Source of the DNA: Dehalococcoidia bacterium
GTDB taxonomy: Bacteria > Chloroflexota > Dehalococcoidia > GIF9 > UBA5629
Reading direction: 5' to 3'
NCBI GenBank assembly: GCA_050011565.1
Contig: JBEKIW010000003.1
Location: 96,001-160,000, forward strand
Length of the DNA: 64,000 nucleotides
Under the pieces are notes generated by a model. It had not been told where the DNA came from. It saw nothing but the letters and a program-made list of their open reading frames with translations, and ran no database searches. A program made the position numbers and the translations under genes. Position 1 is the stretch's first letter; each line of letters begins with the position of its first letter. This document shows, in pieces, positions 38,959 to 47,328 of the stretch.

Positions 38959-39423
38959 CTAACTCTTGTTCGGCAGTATGACGGTAGCCGTACCGGGAGT
39001 GGTCACCTCGCCCTTGCCGTTCTCAATCCAGATATCGCAGTCCGCGCAGTGCTCACCGCCCTCGGCGTATTTCTTGGTGACCTTACCCTTGCACTGCCAG
39101 GTCTCGCCTTCTTCAGGTGTCATCGGCGTGGCCATCTTCCGCGGCCAGTCCATGGCACGGTAGCTGCAGGCGAATTTCTTCAGCGTACCCTGCTCACCCA
39201 TCCAGTCGGTCATCAATTGGACCAGCCACTGTCGCTTCAAGGCGCCGTGGACAATGGGGCTGCCCACTCCCTGAACAGCAGCAAAGGCGGCGTCATAGTG
39301 AAGCGGATTGAAGTCGCCCGAGGCGCCCGCCCATTTGACCAGCATACGGGTGGTAGCTATTTTTGGTAACGGCGTTACCTCACCGCCTACCTCAACATTT
39401 TCCCAGTAAAGTTGTTTAGCCAT
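38959..39423 (-). CDS. MaoC-family (R)-hydratase, catalytic subunit
   Basis: AGASGDFNPLHYD, IVHGAL. Confidence 0.88.
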   Translation of the reverse strand: MAKQLYWENVEVGGEVTPLPKIATTRMLVKWAGASGDFNPLHYDAAFAAVQGVGSPIVHGALKRQWLVQLMTDWMGEQGTLKKFACSYRAMDWPRKMATPMTPEEGETWQCKGKVTKKYAEGGEHCADCDIWIENGKGEVTTPGTATVILPNKS

Positions 39424-39441
39424 CTTATTCCTCCTCGAATG

Positions 39442-39942
39442 CTAGCGATAAATAGCAGTGGCGCGGGCTATAGCCACCAGCTCATCTTTCTGGTTATGAT
39501 AAGTTGTCTCGATAATTACAAAAGCCATCTTGCCCGTTTTGCCTTCCCGCTCAGTGACGTCTTTAATCATTGATTTGGCTGACAACATATCGCCGGCGCG
39601 GACCGGCAGGAAAAACTCGTACTCTATGCCGCCATCGACAACGCGCCAGTAGCCTCCTTTAGCCAGTGCCGCCCTCATACCCTCGGCAACTTCCGGAGGG
39701 TCGCTGATATCAGTGGGCCGCTGGAAGGTCATGCCTCTGGGCAGATTGACCGGCCAGCCGAAGAAGCCGGGAGGCGCGATAATCGAACCGTATCTCGATT
39801 TCCCGGCATGTTTTTCGTCCCAGTAAAGCGGATTGGTTTCTTCCACGGCATCGGCAAAGCGCTTGATAGACCCCTTCTCCACCTCGCAGGCAACAACACC
39901 GATGCTTTTCCCGATGAATTTGCTTATCTCTTCCGGCAGCAT
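39442..39942 (-). CDS. MaoC-like dehydratase N-terminal-domain subunit
   Basis: VEKGSIKRFADAV..TNPLYWD, IAPPGF, PVRAGD. Confidence 0.85.
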   Translation of the reverse strand: MLPEEISKFIGKSIGVVACEVEKGSIKRFADAVEETNPLYWDEKHAGKSRYGSIIAPPGFFGWPVNLPRGMTFQRPTDISDPPEVAEGMRAALAKGGYWRVVDGGIEYEFFLPVRAGDMLSAKSMIKDVTEREGKTGKMAFVIIETTYHNQKDELVAIARATAIYR

Positions 39943-40074
39943 AATTACACCTCCTGATAGAAACTGGAAGCAAACGCCATTGTATATTTGTGGTTACCTG
40001 TTGTCAAAGGTCTGTTATAAATTTATACGGGCTTATATACTTGGTGCAAGTGCAGACTGTGGTAGAATAGCGGC

Positions 40075-40878
40075 ATGCAAAAAGTCAAATGGCCATCAAC
40101 TATTATCGGTATCGCAATTCTCCTTATCGGGTGGGGGTTGGATATGGCTGGAATAACGAATATGATAGTGGCCATTGTTTTATGGGTTGTTGGTGGCATA
40201 CTTCTTATCATCGGTATTTCTTCATGGATATATTATTTCTGGCCTTGGTTTAAAAAAGTATTCTGGAAAGGGAAAAAGAATACATCTATTACAACGGAAG
40301 ATTATGCCCAAAATAAAGAGGTGGATAAATTAAGACGTATAAAAGCAAATTTAATACATTTTAGAAGAGAACTAAATTGGATTTTGTATCTTTACACACA
40401 CGATTTATTTGGGAATCTTGATAATAAACTTAAAAAACATGAACTTCTAGAAGGGGAAGAATTCAAAGATGACATATCTGTATTTGACGAGATATATGGA
40501 TATTATAACTGGGAATATGGTTATGCTATACGAAAATATGATGCTGCAAAATTAGTCTATCCATTCAATAAGAGACACATTGAGGGTACTTTTGCCAAGG
40601 CATTGGGCGCTTTAAGTAAAATTGAAAAACAAATAAATGGGTTTCCCATGCTTTTGGAATTGAATGATGAGGCATCTCACATAATGGGATTATCATCTGA
40701 AATAGACAAATATAGGTTATTGTTAAACGAGTGGTCAACAAACAAAAATATTGATAAACCCATTATCGATTATTATGGTAATGATTTAGTTACACTGGGC
40801 ACAAAAATCTGGACTATTTTAAAGGCCATTAATAACGAGATAGAAAAGATTCCAAATGAAGTTAAATTAGGGTCGTAA
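40075..40878 (+). CDS. Hypothetical AT-rich protein with two N-terminal TM helices
   Basis: 267-codon ORF, visibly AT-richer than its neighbours; no motif recognised. Confidence 0.65.
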   Translation: MQKVKWPSTIIGIAILLIGWGLDMAGITNMIVAIVLWVVGGILLIIGISSWIYYFWPWFKKVFWKGKKNTSITTEDYAQNKEVDKLRRIKANLIHFRRELNWILYLYTHDLFGNLDNKLKKHELLEGEEFKDDISVFDEIYGYYNWEYGYAIRKYDAAKLVYPFNKRHIEGTFAKALGALSKIEKQINGFPMLLELNDEASHIMGLSSEIDKYRLLLNEWSTNKNIDKPIIDYYGNDLVTLGTKIWTILKAINNEIEKIPNEVKLGS

Positions 40879-41007
40879 GTACTTTATATTTTAAATTATC
40901 AGCGCTAATGAATTTCAAAAGTGTATGACTAAACAAATATAGATTCTCACGATTGTTAAATAGCCATTCTAATTCATCGGGATAATTTTTATTATTTTGA
41001 CCTGCCG

Positions 41008-41147
41008 CTACATACACCTCCCCACCGACTCAGCAATAAGCTTAAGCTCAGCCATCACACCGGTTCTTGCCGATTTCGGTCAGTAGCGCGTTGTTCTCCA
41101 TATTCCTGGCTCCGACCTGAAGTATATCGGCGCATTCTGCTACCCGG
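41008..41147 (-). pseudogene. Internally deleted remnant of an aroF paralog
   Basis: Encodes RVAECADILQVGARNMENNALLTEIGKNRC fused out of frame to MAELKLIAESVGRCM*, matching two separate parts of aroF (41593-42609). Confidence 0.85.
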
Positions 41148-41244
41148 ATAAACTCAGCTTAAAGGTACACTTTTGTTCATATTTTATTGAAACCTTGATG
41201 GAGAGTGCTACAATGGATACAGCAATAAAAGCAAGGAGGTTATC

Positions 41245-41466
41245 ATGGAAGAGTCTGTAGGTAAGGTTGTCACGTTAATCGGATCCAGTCGCGAGTCCTT
41301 CGAAAAGGCTATTGCAAATGCTGTAGCGGCGGCAGCGAAGACATTGCATGAGATACACGTTGCCGATGTACGGAAGCTGTATGTGCACGTTGAGAATGGC
41401 AAGATTACCAGCTATCGGGCAAGGGTCAGGGTGGCCTTTCAATACGATCCAAAATATAAGAAGTAG
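41245..41466 (+). CDS. Dodecin family protein
   Basis: KVVTLIGSSRESFEKAI..A..TL, VENGKI..YR..V.VAF; GGAGG RBS. Confidence 0.85.
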   Translation: MEESVGKVVTLIGSSRESFEKAIANAVAAAAKTLHEIHVADVRKLYVHVENGKITSYRARVRVAFQYDPKYKK

Positions 41467-41592
41467 TTATAATCCGGTAAGCTGCTAGACCCTCTATACG
41501 ACTAATAGTTTATGATGATTTCAGGTCAGGTGGCCTGCGAAGTAATTGCAGCCTGTTGCTACCTGAGAAGTTCTGTTTTTGTGACCGGCCAG

Positions 41593-42609
41593 CTAAATAT
41601 ACCTCCCCACCGCCTCGGCAATGAGCTTAAGCTCGGTCATCAACCGGGCAAAGTCCGACGGTGTCAGCGATTGGAGGCCATCCACCAGGGCTTCCTTGGG
41701 GTTGGGATGGGCTTCGATGAGGAGACCGTCGGCACCGGCGGCTATAGCCGCTTTAGCCAGCGCGGGCACCAGAGAATAATGTCCGGCGGCGTGGCTGGGG
41801 TCGACAACTAAAGGCAAGTGGCTGGATTTCTTTATCACGGGAATCGAGCCGATATCCAGAGAAAAACGAGTGCTGTCCTCGAAGGTCCTGATGCCCCTCT
41901 CACATAAAATAACCCGGTCATTGCCACCAGCCAATAAATAGTCGGCGGCGGTAAGCCATTCGGTAACCGTAGCCGATAAGCCCCGCTTAAGTAGAACAGG
42001 GCACCGGCTCTTACCGATTTCGGTCAGTAGCGCATAGTTCTGCATATTCCTGGCTCCGACCTGGAGTATGTCAGCATACTGCGATACCCTGTCGACATCA
42101 TGAGGTGCCACCACCTCAGTGATTACAGGCATGCCGAATTGCTGCTTGGTCTGCTGTAACATCTTTAGACCGGCCTCCTCCAGACCTTGAAAGGCAAAAG
42201 GTGAGGTGCGCGGTTTATAGGCGCCGCCTCGTAGAATGCAGGCTCCAGCCTCCTTAACCATCATGGCTGCCGCCATGAGCTGTTTCTCGCCTTCGACGGC
42301 ACAGGGGCCGGCCATGACCACAATGCGCTTGCCGCCGATTTGAACCCCGTTGACGGAAACTACGGTGTTCTCCGGTTTGAACTCGCGGGCACTGAGCTTG
42401 TACGGCTTCATAATCCTGGTCACGCTCTCCACACCGGGGAGAACGGCAAAGATGTCAATAGGCAGCTGGCCGGTATTGGGTCCCAGCAAAGCGACGACCA
42501 CCTTGTTGGTGCCCAGATTCAACTGGACGCCCAGCCCTAGCTCCTTGGCCCGCTGCACGACGTCGTCTACTTCTGCTTGAGGAGCGCCGGTTCTCATTTC
42601 AACTATCAT
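41593..42609 (-). CDS. aroF: DAHP synthase (type I-beta with N-terminal regulatory domain)
   Basis: AGPCAVE, RGGAYKPRTSP, GARNMQN, LLKRG, CERGIRTF, VDPSH. Confidence 0.95.
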   Translation of the reverse strand: MIVEMRTGAPQAEVDDVVQRAKELGLGVQLNLGTNKVVVALLGPNTGQLPIDIFAVLPGVESVTRIMKPYKLSAREFKPENTVVSVNGVQIGGKRIVVMAGPCAVEGEKQLMAAAMMVKEAGACILRGGAYKPRTSPFAFQGLEEAGLKMLQQTKQQFGMPVITEVVAPHDVDRVSQYADILQVGARNMQNYALLTEIGKSRCPVLLKRGLSATVTEWLTAADYLLAGGNDRVILCERGIRTFEDSTRFSLDIGSIPVIKKSSHLPLVVDPSHAAGHYSLVPALAKAAIAAGADGLLIEAHPNPKEALVDGLQSLTPSDFARLMTELKLIAEAVGRYI

Positions 42610-42632
42610 GATTGTAACTCCTTAATTTTTTT

Positions 42633-42670
42633 CACCCTCACCCTGACCCTCTCCCCTCAAGGGAGAGGGA
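42633..42670. repeat. REP-like hairpin CACCCTCACCCTGACCCTCTCCC-CTCAA-GGGAGAGGG
   Basis: Seen directly between the aroF attenuator and its RBS. Confidence 0.65.
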
Positions 42671-42676
42671 ACATTT

Positions 42677-42710
42677 AAAAACAGAAAGCCTCCCGCGGGG
42701 CGGGAGGCTC
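42677..42710 (-). terminator. Attenuator terminator upstream of aroF
   Basis: Minus strand AGCCTCCCGC-CCC-GCGGGAGGCT-TTCTGTTTTT. Confidence 0.85.
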
Positions 42711-42740
42711 TTTTTGCCTTAGATATTTTGCTGCTGTTTT

Positions 42741-42830
42741 TTAGGTCGATGCCATCCCAGACCCGCGCCGAGGCGTGCTAAACCAAAAGCCAAAGAAAAA
42801 CCAGCTATAGCTGCGAGTCAGGTTATGCAT
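42741..42830 (-). CDS. Aromatic leader peptide MHNLTRSYSWFFFGFWFSTPRRGSGMAST
   Basis: Translated by hand; Y, 2 W and 5 F within 10 codons; CGCGGG..GGGATGGC can pair with the terminator 5' arm; alternative in-frame ATG at 42839. Confidence 0.85.
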   Translation of the reverse strand: MHNLTRSYSWFFFGFWFSTPRRGSGMAST

Positions 42831-42849
42831 TTCGACCATGGTGTTTAGA

Positions 42850-42879
42850 ATGATAGCAATAAATGTTGAACGTTGTCAA
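42850..42879 (-). promoter_or_regulatory. sigma70-type promoter of the aroF leader
   Basis: TTGACA-18nt-TATCAT with extended TG. Confidence 0.7.
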
Positions 42880-42928
42880 CCAGATCAGGGTCCGTCTAAT
42901 ATGGATAAAAGTTTAAATCCTAAATTAG

Positions 42929-43088
42929 AAAATCCCTCTCAATCTCCCTTTACGAAAGGGAGAGGTTAGTTGCTAGCTTTGCGAAAGGGAGAAGCTGGTT
43001 TTTGCCCGTTGCTACTCTCCCCCTTAGAAAAAGGGGGATTAAGGGGGATTTAAAATCACTCTCAGTCTCTCCTTACGAAAGGGAGAGG
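42929..43088. repeat. Cluster of CCCCCTT/AAGGGGG REP-like palindromes
   Basis: AAAATCCCTCTCAATCTCCCTTTACGAAAGGGAGAG plus three related units. Confidence 0.8.
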
Positions 43089-43119
43089 TCCCATCAATCC
43101 AGGAGGAAAAGGAGCAATA

Positions 43120-43575
43120 CTAGACCAGGGGAATTGTGGTGCCGGTGGCTTTGGCGATGAGCTTGCCGTCCTGGTTGGTCACCATCATCTCGGAGATGCA
43201 GACCCGCCTGCCGGCCCTGACCACACGGCATTCGGCGATAAGCTCGTCTTTCACATCGGCGCTGGCGACAAAATGGATGTTGAACTGCGAGGCTACGTTA
43301 GGAGTGATTACGGAGTTGGTGCCGTAGGCGAAAGCCTGGTCAGCCACAGCCATGATAATGCCGCCGAAGACCAGGTTATTGAAGTTAAGGTATTCGGGCT
43401 TAAGCTTCGCCGATACTCTGGCATAGCCCTCGGATAACTCCAGCAACTTTATGTCTAAAAATTTGGCGATAGGCTCACTACCGGCTTTTGCCTTCAAGGC
43501 TGCTACATTGTCAGAGGCATTGGCGCCCACAGCGGCATTTGCTCCGGGTTTTTGTTTATCAGTTTTCTTATCCAT
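43120..43575 (-). CDS. PaaI-family hotdog thioesterase
   Basis: LNFNNLVFGGIIMAVADQAF, LIAKATG. Confidence 0.85.
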   Translation of the reverse strand: MDKKTDKQKPGANAAVGANASDNVAALKAKAGSEPIAKFLDIKLLELSEGYARVSAKLKPEYLNFNNLVFGGIIMAVADQAFAYGTNSVITPNVASQFNIHFVASADVKDELIAECRVVRAGRRVCISEMMVTNQDGKLIAKATGTTIPLV

Positions 43576-43581
43576 AATATA

Positions 43582-44769
43582 TTAACGCAAGCCAAATTTT
43601 TTGGCTGCTTTTTTGAAGCCGTCCAGAGAACCTTTTAAGGTCTTGTCATCAACGCAGTACGAAATGCGAAAATAGCCCGGTGTGCCGAAGCCCCGCCCCG
43701 GCACCACCAGCACATTCCACTGCCGCAGCTCGTTGACAAAGGCAACGTCATCCTCTACCGGCGACTTAGGAAACATGTAGAAAGCACCATGCGGCTTTAC
43801 CACCGAGTAGCCCAGGTCAACAAGATTGCCATAAAGAAAATCCCTCTTCTTTTGATAATCGGCTATAGAGACGGTGACATGCTGCAGGTTCTTCACCAGG
43901 TGCTGCATCAACGCCGGTGCATTGACAAATCCCAAAATCCGGGTGCAGAAAATAAAGCCGTTGACCAGCTCATCATGCTGGCTGCAATCCGGATGTATGG
44001 CGATATAACCAATGCGCTCACCAGGTAGCGCCAGGTCTTTGGAATGGGAATGAACAACTATGGTGTGGCGGTGGTGATGGAAAACAGGCGGGTATGGCAA
44101 CCCGTCAAATATGATTTTGCGATATGCCTCGTCGCTTATAAGATAAATCTGCTTGTCGTTTTGAGCCTCTTTTCGACGCAGCAGCTCGCCTAATTGCATC
44201 ACCAGGTCCCGGCTGTAGACCGCGCCGGTCGGGTTATTAGGAGAATTGATAATGACGGCTTTTGTCTTGGTCGAAATGGCGGCTTCAAGGGAATCCAGCT
44301 TCGGCACAAATTGCTCATTCGTGGGCAAGACCTTGATAACTCCACCGTGATTATCTATGTAGTTGCCGAATTCCATGAAGTAAGGAGCGAACACAATCAC
44401 CTCGTCTCCGGGATTCAGTATTGTCTTCAATACCACATTCAAGCCGCCGGCAGCGCCGCAGGTCATGACAATATCGTTGCCGCAGAATTTAATGCCGGTC
44501 TCGTGCGAGAGCTGTACGGCAACGGCGGCTCGTGTGTCTGCATAACCGGCATTCTCCATATATCTGTGCATACCCGGCACAGGTTTTTTCATCAGCTTCT
44601 TCAATTCCTGGTTAAACTCAGGCGGCGGCTCCATGACCGGATTCCCCAGGGACAGGTCGAAAACATCCTTCTCACCGTATCGCTTTTTGAGATTAGCCCC
44701 TTCCTCGAACATCCTCCGTATCCACGACCCCTCCATCATGCGTTTGCTGACATTATCTGACACCGGCAC
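43582..44769 (-). CDS. Class I PLP aminotransferase (aspartate/aromatic)
   Basis: DLSLGNP, NSPNNPTG, DEAY, SHSKDLALPGERIGY. Confidence 0.92.
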   Translation of the reverse strand: MPVSDNVSKRMMEGSWIRRMFEEGANLKKRYGEKDVFDLSLGNPVMEPPPEFNQELKKLMKKPVPGMHRYMENAGYADTRAAVAVQLSHETGIKFCGNDIVMTCGAAGGLNVVLKTILNPGDEVIVFAPYFMEFGNYIDNHGGVIKVLPTNEQFVPKLDSLEAAISTKTKAVIINSPNNPTGAVYSRDLVMQLGELLRRKEAQNDKQIYLISDEAYRKIIFDGLPYPPVFHHHRHTIVVHSHSKDLALPGERIGYIAIHPDCSQHDELVNGFIFCTRILGFVNAPALMQHLVKNLQHVTVSIADYQKKRDFLYGNLVDLGYSVVKPHGAFYMFPKSPVEDDVAFVNELRQWNVLVVPGRGFGTPGYFRISYCVDDKTLKGSLDGFKKAAKKFGLR

Positions 44770-45352
44770 GAGACATCTCCTCCCTGCCTTTATCGAAGGC
44801 GACCATGTTCATTTTTAGAATGTTGGGTGACAGCCGTTGAGAAATGCAGTCTTTCCAAACATCAATGCCAATGGGCAGAAACGAAGATAAACAGCCCAGC
44901 ATAATCATATTCAGCGTCCTGATATCGCCCAGTTCCTTAGCCTGGCGGGTGCCATCAACGAAGTAAAAACGCTCAGCCCACTGCCGCAATATGCCCTCTA
45001 TCTCCTTATCGCCCGGGTACCGCTGGGTCCCTAGGCTCACCGACAATGGCGGCGTCGACTGATTATTGACAATGGAGGCACCGCCCTCGTGTAAATAGTA
45101 GCTCCACCTGGCTGCCTCCAATTTCTCGAAAGCGACCAGTATATCGACCTCGCCTTCTTTGATTAAAGGCGACCACACCTTATCAGATATACGAACATGA
45201 CTGACGACGCTGCCGCCTCGCTGTGCCATACCCAACGTATCCGTTTTCTTGACATCATAACCGGCAGCCAGTGCCACCTCACCCAGTATATCGCTGGCCA
45301 GAACTATACCCTGCCCGCCTACGCCCACCATAAGCAAGTCCTGCTTTTTCAC
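44753..45352 (-). CDS. iorB: Indolepyruvate:ferredoxin oxidoreductase beta subunit
   Basis: GVGGQG, GMAQRGGSV.SHVR; GTG start overlaps the iorA stop (GTGA). Confidence 0.92.
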   Translation of the reverse strand: MKKQDLLMVGVGGQGIVLASDILGEVALAAGYDVKKTDTLGMAQRGGSVVSHVRISDKVWSPLIKEGEVDILVAFEKLEAARWSYYLHEGGASIVNNQSTPPLSVSLGTQRYPGDKEIEGILRQWAERFYFVDGTRQAKELGDIRTLNMIMLGCLSSFLPIGIDVWKDCISQRLSPNILKMNMVAFDKGREEMSRAGVR

Positions 45353-47166
45353 TTCGACTCTCCGACAGCAGTCAATGGGCCTATTGCCTTTTTGGGGCAG
45401 AGCTGCTCGCAGATGGTACAGGCAGCACCAGCACACAGCGCGGCATCGATGTAAATCTGCTCATCCAGATTTTGTATTGCCGGACAGCCGATTCTCAGGC
45501 ACGTCTCGCAGTCGTCGCATTTTTCTATATCAACAGCTCTTTGGCCGGAGCGCTTTCGCAGCCGTACCGAGCAAGCTCCGCGGACTATTATGACAGACAG
45601 CTCAGGGTTATCCAGCGAACTTCTCACCGCCGCTCTAAGAGCTTTCATATCAAAGGCGTCAACTACCTTGACGTCGTTAACTCCGACGCCTTTAACCAGC
45701 CGCTCCAGCTCAACCATCCGGGTCTTTTTGCCCTTGGCTGAAACTCCCGTTCCGGGATGGTCCTGGTGTCCGGTCATAGCCGTAGTGCCGTTATCCAGTA
45801 TGATAATCGTCACTCCCGATTTGTTGTAGACGGCATCGACCACGCCGGTAATACCGGAATGGAGGAACGTGGAGTCGCCGATAACAGCCACCACCTTGCC
45901 CTCAACGCCGGCCTTCTCCATTCCCAGAGCCTGACCGATGCCCGCACCCATACAGGCGGTAGTATCCATAGCGCGCAGCGGCGGATAGGTAGCCAGCGTA
46001 TAGCAGCCGATATCGCCGGTGATAATCAACTTCCCTTGCTCTTCCGACTTGCCTCTGGCATCCAGCAGCTTGGACCTCTGGCCTATGGTGTTAAGCACAA
46101 AGAATATGCCGGCATGCGGACAACCGCCGCACAGGACGGGGGGCCGTCCCGGTAATCCCTGCGGCAGCGGCACCTGCCTGCGTGAAGGCTTGGCTAATAG
46201 TCCAGCACGGTAACCGGCTGCCTCGACAATGCCCGGATTCAACTCACCGATTCTGGGGATGAACTCCTTTCCCGTCACCTTTATACCCATGGCCAGTATA
46301 TTTTCCTCCAGGAATGGGTCGAGCTCTTCAATAACGATTAGCCTGTCCACCTGTGCGGCGAACTCTTGGAGTAACTTCCGCGGCAGCGGATAGGTCATGC
46401 CCAGCTTAAGAAAAGAAGCCCTGGGAAATGCCTCTCTGGCGTACTGGTAGGCAACGCCGCTGCTGACCACACCGAGGTGGCATTCTCCCTTGATTATCTG
46501 GTTGCCGGGAAAGGTATCGGCATAGGCAGTAAGCTTGACCAGGCGCTGCTCGACGACCGGCCTCCGGAGACGGACATGAACTGGCAGCATGACATATTTC
46601 TCTACATCGTGCTTGAAGCTGGCTGGATTTGCCGGCGCCACCCGGCTCCGGTTCGTCTCCACCACGGACTTGGAATGAGAAATGCGGGTGCTGGAGCGCA
46701 CCAGCACCGGCGTATCGAACCGCTCACTGAGTTCAAAGGCAACAGCCATCAATTCATAGGCTTCCTGGCTGTCGCTGGGCTCAAGCATGGGCACCTTAGC
46801 CAGTTTGGCATAGTGGCGCGTGTCCTGCTCGTTCTGGGTGCTGAAGACACCAGGGTCATCGGCTACAATCACCACCAGTCCACCATTAATGCCGGTTATA
46901 GATGCCGCCATAAAAGGATCACTGGCTACATTCAGTCCCACCTGCTTCATGGATACCAGAGCTCGAACTCCAGCATAAGCGGCTCCCATGCCCAGCTCCA
47001 TAGCCACCTTCTCATTCGTCGACCACTCCGCGTAGACATCGTCAAAGCGGGCTATCGATTCAAGTATTTCGGTGCTGGGCGTACCGGGATAGGCTGCTGC
47101 CACCATAACGCCGGCATGATAGGCTCCGAGGGCAAAGGCTTCGTTTCCGGAGAGCAGTTTTTTCAT
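45349..47166 (-). CDS. iorA: Indolepyruvate:ferredoxin oxidoreductase alpha subunit
   Basis: GNEA, YPGTPSTE, MKQVGLNVA, GDIGCY, IGDSTF.HSG, C-terminal ferredoxin. Confidence 0.95.
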   Translation of the reverse strand: MKKLLSGNEAFALGAYHAGVMVAAAYPGTPSTEILESIARFDDVYAEWSTNEKVAMELGMGAAYAGVRALVSMKQVGLNVASDPFMAASITGINGGLVVIVADDPGVFSTQNEQDTRHYAKLAKVPMLEPSDSQEAYELMAVAFELSERFDTPVLVRSSTRISHSKSVVETNRSRVAPANPASFKHDVEKYVMLPVHVRLRRPVVEQRLVKLTAYADTFPGNQIIKGECHLGVVSSGVAYQYAREAFPRASFLKLGMTYPLPRKLLQEFAAQVDRLIVIEELDPFLEENILAMGIKVTGKEFIPRIGELNPGIVEAAGYRAGLLAKPSRRQVPLPQGLPGRPPVLCGGCPHAGIFFVLNTIGQRSKLLDARGKSEEQGKLIITGDIGCYTLATYPPLRAMDTTACMGAGIGQALGMEKAGVEGKVVAVIGDSTFLHSGITGVVDAVYNKSGVTIIILDNGTTAMTGHQDHPGTGVSAKGKKTRMVELERLVKGVGVNDVKVVDAFDMKALRAAVRSSLDNPELSVIIVRGACSVRLRKRSGQRAVDIEKCDDCETCLRIGCPAIQNLDEQIYIDAALCAGAACTICEQLCPKKAIGPLTAVGESK

Positions 47167-47253
47167 CGTTTTACCGGCTCAATGTGGAAAGCAATAAACC
47201 AGGTTAGCATTATGCCACGTGAGGAACCTAAATGGCAACTGGGTGGTAGGAGG

Positions 47254-47328
47254 AAAATCCCCCTTAGTCCCCCTTTTCCAAAGGGGGAGAGTTTCTTCCT
47301 TTCCTAAAGGGAGATTGAGAGGGATTTT
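47254..47328. repeat. CCCCCTT/AAGGGGG REP-like doublet, inverted copy of 42929-43051
   Basis: Units 35/38 and 30/31 identical to those at 43014-43051 and 42929-42959 (hand alignment). Confidence 0.85.
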
